64,000 nucleotides of DNA from Candidatus Hydrothermales bacterium (lineage in GTDB: Bacteria > Hydrothermota > Hydrothermia > Hydrothermales > JAJRUZ01), in the NCBI GenBank assembly GCA_039630575.1, contig JBCNUW010000007.1:7604-71603 (forward strand), read 5' to 3'. The translations under genes and the position numbers were made by a program. Position 1 is the stretch's first letter; each line of letters begins with the position of its first letter. This document shows, piece by piece, positions 50,115 to 59,564 of this stretch. Under the pieces are notes generated by a model. That model was not told the DNA's origin. It searched no databases and saw only the letters and a list, made by a program, of their open reading frames with translations.

Positions 50115-51803
50115 TTATTCCTTTTCTTCCTCTTCTTCTATATTAGATAATTTTTCAAGTTCAGCCCTTAAAAGCTCACCAAGATTTATTCTTGCTGGAC
50201 CACCTTCAGTATACTTTGCAATCTCCTTCTTCTGTAAGATTCTTTCATATTCCTTTTCTGATAATAAAATTCTCTTTCTCTGGGGTTCAACTTTTAAAAC
50301 TTTTAAGTTTATTTCTTCACCTTGCTTATAATTCTCCAAAACATTCCCCTTTTTTGAAAGATGAGAAAGAGGTACAAAACCTTCGAGTCCCTTATCAACT
50401 TCAACAATTAATCCCTTATCTGTTACTTTCAAAACTGGAGCTTTTAAAGTTGTTTCAGAAGTTAATCTCTTAGAAATTTCTTTCCATGGATCTGGTCTTA
50501 AATGCTTAAGTGATAGTGTAATAGTCCTTGCCTTTTTATCAATATTCATTACTTTCAATCTCAACTTTTGATTTATTCTTAAAGCCTCTTCAGGCTTAGA
50601 GAATTTTCTTGTCCAGGAAATATCAGAGGAGTGAAGATAGCCCTCTAAACCATCGTCAAGTTCTATTATTGCACCAAAACTATCAAATCCAATAACTTTA
50701 CCTTTAACTACAGACCCTCTTGGAATTTTCTCCTCAATATAAGTCCAAGGATCTGGTTGAGTCTGCTTAATTCCAAGAGCTATTCTCATCTTTTCCTTAT
50801 CTATATCTAAAACTAAAGCTTCAATCCAATCACCCTCCCTAACAACTTCAGATGGTTCTTTTATTTTTTTCCAAGATAACTCACTTATATGACAAAAACC
50901 AAGAATATCCTTTTCAAGCTCTATTAAAACTCCATAAGGCAATACCTTTCTTACTATACCTTTTACCTTTGTTCCTATAGGATATTTCTTTTCTATTTCT
51001 TCCCATTTTTCCGGAACTATATCTTTTACTGATAATATAAATCTCAATTTTTCAACATCCTTATCAATAATCTTTACTTTTATCTTTTCACCTATTTTTA
51101 CAACTTCCTTTGCGTTTTTGACTCTTCTTGGCGACAACTCACTTAAAGGAATGAATCCCTCTATATTATCAATTTCAACGGTTACACCAACATTAGAGAC
51201 AGCTTTAACTTCTCCTTCCACAATCTGACCAATCTCAAATTTTTCCCTAATTATCTTTTTCTTATTTTCTATTTCCTCCTCAATATAAGCCTTTCTTGAA
51301 GCTACTATATTTTTTCTTTCTTTGTTAACCTTAATAATCTTGAAATGAATATTCTTACCAACAAGCAAATTTACATTTTTTACTGGCTTTACATCTATTT
51401 GAGAACCTGGCATAAAAGCATCAACACCAAAAACATCAACTATCAAACCTCCCTTTACCCTCCTCAAAACTTTTCCTAAAACAGTTTTATTGTTTTCATG
51501 AACATCACTAATTTTATCCCAAGCAAGTTCAAAATCAGATTTATGCTTAGAAAGAATTACAAAACCATCCGGACCATCTGGATCTTCAACATAAAGAGTA
51601 ACCTCATCACCGGGTTTTAGTTCATCGGGATTTTTAAACTCCTCTTTAGGACAAATTCCCTCAGCCTTTACACCAAGATCAAAAAATATTTCTCTTTCAC
51701 CAACTTTTAAAACTTTCCCTTTTACAATATCTCCTTCTTTTAAAGTTTTAAAACTTTGATTTATAAGTGACTCTATCTTTTCATTTAAATCTTCTACTAC
51801 CAT
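50115..51803 (-). CDS. rpsA: 30S ribosomal protein S1
   Basis: Six S1/OB repeats (G.IV.G.V..V...G..V). I prefer ATG 51803 (MVVEDLNEK) because GAAGGAGG lies 9 nt upstream. The ORF-track TTG 51827 would put that RBS inside the gene. Confidence 0.92.
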   Translation of the reverse strand: MVVEDLNEKIESLINQSFKTLKEGDIVKGKVLKVGEREIFFDLGVKAEGICPKEEFKNPDELKPGDEVTLYVEDPDGPDGFVILSKHKSDFELAWDKISDVHENNKTVLGKVLRRVKGGLIVDVFGVDAFMPGSQIDVKPVKNVNLLVGKNIHFKIIKVNKERKNIVASRKAYIEEEIENKKKIIREKFEIGQIVEGEVKAVSNVGVTVEIDNIEGFIPLSELSPRRVKNAKEVVKIGEKIKVKIIDKDVEKLRFILSVKDIVPEKWEEIEKKYPIGTKVKGIVRKVLPYGVLIELEKDILGFCHISELSWKKIKEPSEVVREGDWIEALVLDIDKEKMRIALGIKQTQPDPWTYIEEKIPRGSVVKGKVIGFDSFGAIIELDDGLEGYLHSSDISWTRKFSKPEEALRINQKLRLKVMNIDKKARTITLSLKHLRPDPWKEISKRLTSETTLKAPVLKVTDKGLIVEVDKGLEGFVPLSHLSKKGNVLENYKQGEEINLKVLKVEPQRKRILLSEKEYERILQKKEIAKYTEGGPARINLGELLRAELEKLSNIEEEEEKE

Positions 51804-51903
51804 TAATTTAATTCCTCCTTCATTCAACTCTCCAACTTTTATGGATTTGAACCAAAGGGAGAGTTTTTTTGGTAATAATTATCAAGAATTTAAAATTAAA
51901 ATT

Positions 51904-53163
51904 TCAAACTTGAGAGAGATTTTTTACTTTACTTTCTAATTTTCTTGTAAACTCTTCTACATATTCCTTAGTGCTATCAAAGGGAAAAAGAGGCTCACCA
52001 AATATTATTTTTAAATTTCTTTTTAAAATCCAACTGAAAGGATTTTCTCTTACATTCCTTATGTAAGCAGGGATAACAGGAACTCTTAACTCGCAGGCAA
52101 GTTGAGAAGCACCCTTTTTAAAAGGTAAAATATCTCCACTTTTACTCCTAGTTCCCTCAGGGAAAATAACAACAATTTCACCCATTTTAAGCAATTCTTT
52201 TGCTTTTTCATAGGCACCTATAGCACCTGCTCCTTTTCTTATAGGAATAGCATTAAATGTCTCTATGAGCCACTTAAATAATCTGTTTGCTACAAAAAGA
52301 TCAATTTTGGCCAAAAAGAAACTCTCCCTTTTAATTGCAAAACCAATAAAGGGAGGATCCCAAAAAGTAACATGATTGGGTGTTACAATGAAGGGACCAT
52401 TTTTAAACAAGTTTTTTCTACCAACTATTTTCATTCCAAAAAGCCACTTTAAAATCGGATAAGAAAAATAATAGGCAAACTTCCACCTAAATTTTTCTCT
52501 TTTCTTATAAATTTTTTCATAGGAAAGTGCTAAACATAAAGATAAAACTTCTTCAACTTGCTTATTTGTTGTATCAATAAAGTAAGCATCATCAGGTAAC
52601 CTAAGTGGTGAATTTATTCTACTTTTATCTCTCATATCCCTTTTTTCTAGATCTACGAAAACTTCCTCAAAGCTTATATTTTTTCCACTCTTTTTAAAAT
52701 CTCTGAATCTTCTCTCAGCTCTTTTTGTAATATCAGCATCCATGTAAATTTTTAAATCTGCATCAGGAGCAATAACAGTCCCTATGTCTCTTCCTTCCAT
52801 AACAACACCTTTTTTCTCTACAAAACTTCTTTGGACATAATAAAGATAATCTCTTACTTCCCTATACTCTGCAATCTCTGAAGCTATACGCTCCACTTCA
52901 GGATCTTCTATTTCATCAGTTAAATTTACACCATTTATATAAATTTTCGGTGTATTTTCAAATTTGTAATCTATTTTCAGATCTTTTATTCTCTTTTTTA
53001 TTTCTTCTTTTTTTAAATTATTTATTTTTATATAAGCACCGATACCTCTATAAAGTTTTCCTGTTAAAACAGGAATGTAATTGAGAAGATAAGCGAGCTT
53101 CAAACAGATAGTAGTTTTTCCACTTCCGGCAGTTCCATCTATTGTTATAACTATCTTTCTCAT
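51904..53163 (-). CDS. cmk: Fusion protein: cytidylate kinase (N-terminal) + 1-acyl-sn-glycerol-3-phosphate acyltransferase (C-terminal)
   Basis: 419 aa. The N-terminal part has ITIDGTAGSGKTT and GRDIGTVI (CMP kinase). After a hydrophobic linker (WKFAYYFSYPILKWLF) come NHVTFWD (HX4D) and FPEGTRS (PlsC-type acyltransferase). Confidence 0.8.
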   Translation of the reverse strand: MRKIVITIDGTAGSGKTTICLKLAYLLNYIPVLTGKLYRGIGAYIKINNLKKEEIKKRIKDLKIDYKFENTPKIYINGVNLTDEIEDPEVERIASEIAEYREVRDYLYYVQRSFVEKKGVVMEGRDIGTVIAPDADLKIYMDADITKRAERRFRDFKKSGKNISFEEVFVDLEKRDMRDKSRINSPLRLPDDAYFIDTTNKQVEEVLSLCLALSYEKIYKKREKFRWKFAYYFSYPILKWLFGMKIVGRKNLFKNGPFIVTPNHVTFWDPPFIGFAIKRESFFLAKIDLFVANRLFKWLIETFNAIPIRKGAGAIGAYEKAKELLKMGEIVVIFPEGTRSKSGDILPFKKGASQLACELRVPVIPAYIRNVRENPFSWILKRNLKIIFGEPLFPFDSTKEYVEEFTRKLESKVKNLSQV

Positions 53164-54344
53164 AAACTATTTTCTAAATATTTCACAATCTCTAAAAAAC
53201 CAATCTCTGATATTTTCTTTGCTCTTTCAAAAGCCCTTTTAGAATTTTTACTGAGATTTGTTAATTTTTCCTTATCATGAATTATATCTTTAAAAATCTC
53301 AAAAAATTCCTCAAAATCCTTACATTTTACTCCTCCCTTTTCTTTTATCAAGACTTCCTCCATACCTTTAACATTTGAAGTATAGGGCCCGAAAAAAACA
53401 GGAACACCAAATTGAGTAGGCTCAAGAAGATTATGTCCTCCATAAGGTGCAAAAGTTCCACATACAACTACAACATCACTTAAAGGAAAAACTTTTATAA
53501 GATCACCCAATGTATCAAGTATTAAAACCCTTGTTTTCCCTCTAAAGTCTTTTCTTTCCTCTGAAAATTTAACATATCTTATGTTTTTTAACCTTAAAAA
53601 ATTTTCTAACAAGATTATGGATTCTAAGTGTCTAACAGCAATTATAAATCCTATATTTTCATTTATCTTCATAATCTTATCAATAAAGTTAACTACACCT
53701 TTGAATTCCCTTGTTCTTACGCTTGCAAAAGTAACAGTGAAGTCAAAAGGTTTTTCAAATAGTGGGGTAATATTTTTATTTTCACTTAAAATTTTTAGAT
53801 TTCCCGAAATAAAAACTTTATTCTCCTCTACATTGAAGTACTTAAGAATTTTTTTTTCTTTAAGACTTATAACGAAAAATTTATCAAAATTACTTAAAAT
53901 TTTAGCAAAATAATTTTTTAAAAGTTTCCATCTTAAAAAGGATTTTTCAGAAATTCTGCCATTTACAAGAATTAAACCTTTTTTATTCTTTTTTATTTCA
54001 AATATAATGTTTGGCCAAAACTCACTTTCTGCCAGTACCAAAAGTTTTGACTTTTTCTCAATTTTTTTTATTAAAAGGGGATTATCATAGGGAAAAAGAA
54101 AAACCCTTCCCATAAAATACTCTTCTGCTCTCTTTTTTCCTGACTCTGTCATAGTTGTTATAAAAAAAGGAACATTTCTTTTTATAAAATAATCTAACAG
54201 AGGCTTTATTGAGACAACTTCTCCTAATGAAGCTGCATGAAACCATATGGAATCTTTTTCTATATCAAAATCCTTTATTCTTCTATATGCAAATGGGTAA
54301 GTAAAAGAAGAAAGAGTTTTATATAAAATATTAATCATTCCCAC
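53160..54344 (-). CDS. waaA: 3-deoxy-D-manno-octulosonic acid (Kdo) transferase
   Basis: 394 aa. IWFHAASLGEV near the N-terminus and GGHNLLEP near the C-terminus are typical of KdtA/WaaA. Confidence 0.75.
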   Translation of the reverse strand: MGMINILYKTLSSFTYPFAYRRIKDFDIEKDSIWFHAASLGEVVSIKPLLDYFIKRNVPFFITTMTESGKKRAEEYFMGRVFLFPYDNPLLIKKIEKKSKLLVLAESEFWPNIIFEIKKNKKGLILVNGRISEKSFLRWKLLKNYFAKILSNFDKFFVISLKEKKILKYFNVEENKVFISGNLKILSENKNITPLFEKPFDFTVTFASVRTREFKGVVNFIDKIMKINENIGFIIAVRHLESIILLENFLRLKNIRYVKFSEERKDFRGKTRVLILDTLGDLIKVFPLSDVVVVCGTFAPYGGHNLLEPTQFGVPVFFGPYTSNVKGMEEVLIKEKGGVKCKDFEEFFEIFKDIIHDKEKLTNLSKNSKRAFERAKKISEIGFLEIVKYLENSL

Positions 54345-55882
54345 TCTATAGTAGAAGGAGGTTTAGAAGTTATATCGTAAACAACTCTATTTACACCCCT
54401 TATCTCTCCTATAATTCTTCTTGCAATCCTATCTAAAAGAAAAAATGGAAGCTTTGCCCAATCAGCAGTCATTCCATCCACACTTTTAACAGCCCTTATA
54501 GCAACAACTTTTTCATAAGTTCTTTGGTCTCCCATAACTCCCACCGATTTAACAGGTAAAAGCACAGGAAAAACTTGCCACAATTTTCTATAAAGTGAAA
54601 AACGCTTTATTTCCTCCTCAACTATTAAATCAGCCTTCTTAATAATTTCAAGCTTTTCTTCATCTACTTCTCCGATAATTCTTATTGCCATTCCAGGCCC
54701 TGGAAAGGGGTGCCTTTCTAAAATTTCCTCTGGAACATTTAGCTTCTTTCCTATCTTTCTTACCTCATCCTTAAAAAGCTCCTTAAATGGCTCAAGTAAA
54801 ACAAAAGGGTGATCATCTGGTACACCTCCCACATTGTGATGAGTTTTTATCTTACTTGAGGGTCCTTTATAACTCTTTGACTCTATTAAGTCTGGATATA
54901 AAGTTCCCTGTGCTAAAAAGCCAATTTTTTCTCCTTTCTTTTTGCTTAATTCTCTTGCCTTTCTTTCAAAAACCTCAAAAAAAAGTTTTCCTATTATCTT
55001 TCTTTTTTCCTCAGGATCAGTTACACCCCTTAAAGCACTGAGAAACTCTTCTTTTGCATCTACTATATTTAAGTTTTTAAAATTACTGAAAAGCCTTTTT
55101 ACTCTTTCCTCTTCTTTCTCTTTTAGTAAACCAGTATCAACAAATATTGGATAAAATCTCTCACCAAGTGCTTTTTTTAATAAGAAGGCAAGTATAGAGG
55201 AATCTACTCCTCCTGATAAGGCAAGAAAACAAAATTCATCTTTAACAGTTTCTTTTATTTCTTCAATTTTCTCTTCAATAAAATTACTTATTTTCCAATT
55301 CCTTTTTATTTTCAAAATTTTAAAAAGAAAATTTTTTATAATTTTTTTTCCGTTTTTTGTGTGATAAACTTCTGGATGAAATTGAACACCATAAATTTTT
55401 GAACTTGTATTCTCAATAGATGCATAGGGTGAAAACTCAGTTTCACCTGTTACTTTAAAACCAAAAGGCAAAATTTTTACATAATCTCCATGACTCATCC
55501 AAACTCTAAACTCTTTTTCAATTCCATCAAAAAGCTCTGAGTCTTTTATTACCTTAAAAAGTGCAAAACCGTATTCCCTGTTTTTAGAACTTGTAACCTT
55601 ACCTCCAAATAAATGAGCAATTAGCTGCAAACCGTAACAGATTCCTAAAACAGGTTTTCCTATTCTAAGAATTTCTTTCTCTACCAGAGGAGCATTTTTA
55701 TCGTAAACACTTTTTGGACCCCCTGATAGAATAATTCCTTTTGTATCAGGTGAAGATAAAATTTCTTTTAAATTTTCTTCAAAAGGAGAAACTATTATTG
55801 AAAATACATTTAGCTCTCTTATTCTCCTTGCTATAAGCATTGTATATTGTGAACCGAAGTCTATTATAACTACTTTCTCCAT
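54335..55882 (-). CDS. guaA: GMP synthase (glutamine-hydrolysing)
   Basis: 515 aa. GATase part has GICYGLQ and VQFHPE. The ATP-PPase part has LALSGGVDSS. C-terminus is ..YDITSKPPSTIEWE. Confidence 0.95.
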   Translation of the reverse strand: MEKVVIIDFGSQYTMLIARRIRELNVFSIIVSPFEENLKEILSSPDTKGIILSGGPKSVYDKNAPLVEKEILRIGKPVLGICYGLQLIAHLFGGKVTSSKNREYGFALFKVIKDSELFDGIEKEFRVWMSHGDYVKILPFGFKVTGETEFSPYASIENTSSKIYGVQFHPEVYHTKNGKKIIKNFLFKILKIKRNWKISNFIEEKIEEIKETVKDEFCFLALSGGVDSSILAFLLKKALGERFYPIFVDTGLLKEKEEERVKRLFSNFKNLNIVDAKEEFLSALRGVTDPEEKRKIIGKLFFEVFERKARELSKKKGEKIGFLAQGTLYPDLIESKSYKGPSSKIKTHHNVGGVPDDHPFVLLEPFKELFKDEVRKIGKKLNVPEEILERHPFPGPGMAIRIIGEVDEEKLEIIKKADLIVEEEIKRFSLYRKLWQVFPVLLPVKSVGVMGDQRTYEKVVAIRAVKSVDGMTADWAKLPFFLLDRIARRIIGEIRGVNRVVYDITSKPPSTIEWE

Positions 55883-55899
55883 TTCAAAAAATATTAACT

Positions 55900-56937
55900 T
55901 TATCTTTTTTCATAAATTACTCCTCCACCTAAAAGTATTTCATCTTCGTAAAAGGCAGCAATCTGACCTGGTGTTGGAGCAAATTGCTCCACTTCAAAAC
56001 TCACCTCAGCATAATCTTCATAAAATTTAACTTTTGCTGCACTTTCTTTATGCAAATTTCTTATTTTAACCATAAGTTTTTTTTCACCTTTTATTTTATC
56101 AAAAAGATTCAATTTGGATACAAAGATATTTTTCTTCATTAATTCATTTCTAAAATTTACCTTTACGATATTATTTTGCGGATCTATTTCTGAAACATAG
56201 AGCCTTTCTCCAATAGAAACATTTAAACCTTTTCTCTGACCTATAGTGTAATTATAAAAACCATTATGAATACCAATTTTTCTACCTCCAAAATGAATTT
56301 CTCCCTCTTTTTCCCCGAGTTTTTCTTTTAAAAATTCACCTATACTTCCATTAATAAAGCAAAGATCTTGGGATTCTTCATAATAAAAAGATAAATTTTC
56401 GTCTTGTGCAATCTTTAAAACTTCTTTTTTTGAGAGATCACCTAAGGGAAAAAGTAGTTTTTTTATAACATGTGGATAGATCATTGCTAAAAAATAACTT
56501 TGATCTTTTTCCTTATCTTTTGCTTTTTTTATGAAATATTTACCGTTTTCCTTTTCTATTCGTGCGTAATGACCGGTTGCTAAGTAGTCAAAATTTTTTT
56601 TCAACATTTCTTCATACAAAATACCAAATTTAAAAAATCTGTTACAGAAAGCACAGGGATTTGGAGTTATTCCTTTTTCGTATCCACTAATAAAATTTTC
56701 TTTAACAATAATTTCTTCAAATTCTTTTTCTAAATTCAATATAGAATGTCTAATACCATATCTAAAGCAGATCTTTCTTGCTCTCTGAACAGCTTCAAGT
56801 GAACAACAGGTTCTTTTATGACTTTTTTTATTCCACAAAAAAAGAGTAACTCCTTCAATTATAGCTCCAGAGTTTTTTAGTAAAAAAAGTGCTGTACTTG
56901 AGTCAATTCCACCGGAAATTGCAACAAGGATCTTCAA
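55900..56937 (-). CDS. mnmA: tRNA-specific 2-thiouridylase
   Basis: 345 aa. PP-loop ILVAISGGIDSS, ATGHYAR and DQSYFL. TTG start. Confidence 0.9.
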   Translation of the reverse strand: MKILVAISGGIDSSTALFLLKNSGAIIEGVTLFLWNKKSHKRTCCSLEAVQRARKICFRYGIRHSILNLEKEFEEIIVKENFISGYEKGITPNPCAFCNRFFKFGILYEEMLKKNFDYLATGHYARIEKENGKYFIKKAKDKEKDQSYFLAMIYPHVIKKLLFPLGDLSKKEVLKIAQDENLSFYYEESQDLCFINGSIGEFLKEKLGEKEGEIHFGGRKIGIHNGFYNYTIGQRKGLNVSIGERLYVSEIDPQNNIVKVNFRNELMKKNIFVSKLNLFDKIKGEKKLMVKIRNLHKESAAKVKFYEDYAEVSFEVEQFAPTPGQIAAFYEDEILLGGGVIYEKR

Positions 56938-56969
56938 AGATATATTTTATGCCATATATTTTTGAAATT

Positions 56970-56997
56970 TTCAACAACTATTTTATATTATTATAAT
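56970..56997 (+). promoter_or_regulatory. Candidate sigma70-type promoter for gcvH
   Basis: TTCAAC (56970-56975), 16-nt spacer, TATAAT (56992-56997). Lies 39 nt before the gcvH ATG. AT-rich background, so confidence is low. Confidence 0.3.
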
Positions 56998-57036
56998 GGG
57001 TTAAATTCCCAAAATATTCTCATTAAGGAGGAAAAA

Positions 57037-57420
57037 ATGCACACCCCAGAGGATTTGAAATATACAAAAGACCATGAATGGGTAAAAATAGAAGGTGAAA
57101 TAGCAGTGATTGGAATAACAGATTTTGCACAGAGTGAACTTTCAGATATTGTTTATGTTGAACCACCTACTGTAGGTCAAGAAGTTATACAATTTGAGCC
57201 TTGCGGAACAATTGAGGCTGTTAAAACAGTGGCTGATTTATATTCACCTCTAAGTGGAGAGGTCATAGAGGTAAATGAGGAACTTGAGAATGAACCTGGT
57301 TTGATCAACAATGATCCTTACGGTCACGGATGGATATTTAAAATTAGGTTAAAAGACCCTGATGAAATAAAAAATCTTTTATCTGCAGAAGAATATAGAA
57401 AACATATAGGAGAAACATAA
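57037..57420 (+). CDS. gcvH: Glycine cleavage system H protein
   Basis: Starts MHTPEDLKYTKDHEWVKIEG. Lipoyl-lysine motif IEAVKTVADLYSPLSGEV. AAGGAGG RBS before ATG 57037. The ORF-track extension to 56962 is not supported. Confidence 0.92.
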   Translation: MHTPEDLKYTKDHEWVKIEGEIAVIGITDFAQSELSDIVYVEPPTVGQEVIQFEPCGTIEAVKTVADLYSPLSGEVIEVNEELENEPGLINNDPYGHGWIFKIRLKDPDEIKNLLSAEEYRKHIGET

Positions 57421-58742
57421 TGCCCTTTATACCTGACGAAGAAAAATCTCTCAAAAAACTCAAAGAATTTCTTAATATAAAAAGTTTAGATGAACTTTTG
57501 TGGGTTATTCCAGATGAATTAAAGATTAAAGATGAAATATCCTTACCTTATGCACTCAGTGAATTAGAAGTAGAGAAATATATAACTAATCTTGCTCTAC
57601 AAAATCATGTTCTTAAAGTCTTTGGTGGTGCAGGGTCATATGATCATTATGTTCCACCTGTTGTGAGGTTTGTTATTAAAAATCCTTCTTTTTTGACTGC
57701 CTATACTCCATACCAGGCAGAAGTATCTCAAGGAACACTTCAAGCTATGTATGAATTTCAGACTGCTATATGTGAATTAACACAGATGGATGTAGCAAAT
57801 TCTTCAATGTATGATGGAGCTTCAGCCTTTGCTGAAGCTGTTCTCATGGCTGAAAGAATTAACAAAAAGAAAAAAGTTCTAATAGCTGATAATATAAACC
57901 CCTTTTATAAAGAAGTTTTAAAAACATATGCTTCATTTTCCTTGAATATAGAAAGTGTAAAATTTATAAGTGAAACAGGAGAGATAGATCTTGAAGATTT
58001 AGAAAAGAAAATAGATAAAAACACATCCTGTTTTGCCTTTCAACATCCTAATTTTTTTGGTATACTTGAAAATCCCTTTGAAATTAGAAGAATTACAAAG
58101 AAAAAAGATTTAATTTTAATTTCAATCTTTGATCCAGTTTCAATATCAATTATTTCGCCTCCAGGTGAGTATGATGCTGATATTGCTGTTTGTGAAGGCC
58201 AACCTTTAGGAATTCCCTTATCATTTGGAGGTCCCTATGCTGGAATATTTACAGCAAAGAAAGAATTTATAAGAATGATGCCAGGAAGAATAGCAGGAAA
58301 AACAGTTGATGCTGATGGGAAAGAGGGTTACGTAATGGTACTTCAAACTAGGGAACAACATATAAGGAGAGAAAAGGCAACAAGTAACATATGTACTAAT
58401 CAAATGCTCTGTGCGCTTGCAATACTTGTTTATATTCTTTATATGGGAGAAAAAGGATTAAAAGAAGTTGCTATTAAAACTTTTAATAACACAAATAAGA
58501 TTAAAAATGCCTTAATACAAAAGGGTTACAATTTACCATTTAAAGGTAAAATTTTCAGAGAGTTTGTAGTAGAATTAAAGGAAGATATAAATAGTTTCAT
58601 TGAAAAGGCAATTAAAGAAAAAAGAATACTTCCAGGAATACCATTAAATATTTTTGGTTTCAAAGAAAATTATCTTCTAACAGGAGCAACTGAGAAGCAT
58701 AGTGAAAGTGAAATAAATGAAATGATATCTCTTTTTAAATGA
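57420..58742 (+). CDS. gcvPA: Glycine dehydrogenase (decarboxylating) subunit 1
   Basis: 440 aa. FLTAYTPYQAEVSQGTLQAMYEFQT is typical of the P-protein alpha subunit. TAATG overlap with gcvH. Confidence 0.9.
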   Translation: MPFIPDEEKSLKKLKEFLNIKSLDELLWVIPDELKIKDEISLPYALSELEVEKYITNLALQNHVLKVFGGAGSYDHYVPPVVRFVIKNPSFLTAYTPYQAEVSQGTLQAMYEFQTAICELTQMDVANSSMYDGASAFAEAVLMAERINKKKKVLIADNINPFYKEVLKTYASFSLNIESVKFISETGEIDLEDLEKKIDKNTSCFAFQHPNFFGILENPFEIRRITKKKDLILISIFDPVSISIISPPGEYDADIAVCEGQPLGIPLSFGGPYAGIFTAKKEFIRMMPGRIAGKTVDADGKEGYVMVLQTREQHIRREKATSNICTNQMLCALAILVYILYMGEKGLKEVAIKTFNNTNKIKNALIQKGYNLPFKGKIFREFVVELKEDINSFIEKAIKEKRILPGIPLNIFGFKENYLLTGATEKHSESEINEMISLFK

Positions 58743-59224
58743 AAGAAAAAATTGACTTTTACATTTTAAAACATCCTCTTGTTCTTTTCACACTTCTTGA
58801 TGTTCCGGATAAAATTGGAGTAATTCTTGATGTTTTTGAGAGAATAAGCAACAGTGGAATTGCACTTCCCTACATACTAACATCACCGTCCTCAAGAGGT
58901 AAGTCAACTATTACAGTTCTTGTTCCACCTTATTTAAAGGAGGAGGCCAGGAAAATTTTCAATGATATTCTTGAAAGCTTAGAATGGGGATTTTTAAGGT
59001 CCTTTGAAAATGTTGCTCTTGTATCTTTTTATGGAAAGAATCTGATGGAGGCAAAAGGTGTAATGGCTGGACTTCTTAATATTTTTATAACAAACAAAAT
59101 AAAAATTATTGCCACTTCTACTGCAATGAATTACATAAACTTTATAATACCAGGTGAAATGCTTGATAATTTAAAAGAATGTCTTATAGACGAACTAAAC
59201 ATGGAACCCTCTGATGTACCTTAA
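58739..59224 (+). CDS. Tandem ACT-domain protein (aspartokinase regulatory-domain-like)
   Basis: 161 aa. LFTLLDVPDKIGVILDVFERISNSGIAL.. and VALVSFYGKNLMEAKGVMAGLLNIF..IKIIATSTAMNYINFII resemble ACT repeats. ATGA overlap with gcvPA. Confidence 0.5.
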   Translation: MKEKIDFYILKHPLVLFTLLDVPDKIGVILDVFERISNSGIALPYILTSPSSRGKSTITVLVPPYLKEEARKIFNDILESLEWGFLRSFENVALVSFYGKNLMEAKGVMAGLLNIFITNKIKIIATSTAMNYINFIIPGEMLDNLKECLIDELNMEPSDVP

Positions 59225-59564
59225 AATACTAAAAACGAAGTTGCACGGTCTTGTAGTAACTGATACTAATTTAAACTACGAGGGTTCAATTACTTTACCT
59301 GAAAGTGTTCTTGATGAGGCTGGAATACATGAATATGAAGCAGTTTATATAGTCAATCTCTCAAACGGTAAAAGATTTGAAACCTATGCAATAAAGGGAA
59401 GAGAAGGAGAAGTTGTTTTAAATGGCGGAACAGCGAGATTGGGTTTAAAAGGTGACAGAATAATCGTTTTTTCATTTATTTATTTAGAACCTTTAAAAGC
59501 AAAAACATTTAAGCCTAAGATATTTATTTTTGATGAAAATAACAGAATAACAAATAGAATATGA
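59214..59564 (+). CDS. panD: Aspartate 1-decarboxylase (pyruvoyl-dependent)
   Basis: 116 aa. KTKLHGLVVTDTNLNYEGSITL carries the Gly24-Ser25 self-processing site. Also has YIVNLSNGKRFETY. Confidence 0.92.
   Translation: MYLKILKTKLHGLVVTDTNLNYEGSITLPESVLDEAGIHEYEAVYIVNLSNGKRFETYAIKGREGEVVLNGGTARLGLKGDRIIVFSFIYLEPLKAKTFKPKIFIFDENNRITNRI

Noticed and set aside
51834-51857. GGTTCAAATCC, a T-loop-like motif on the minus strand that suggested a tRNA between cmk-plsC and rpsA.
   Set aside because: No 7-bp acceptor stem, D arm or anticodon arm can be drawn. The surrounding sequence is AT-rich, unlike the two real tRNAs. It is only the loop of a local hairpin.
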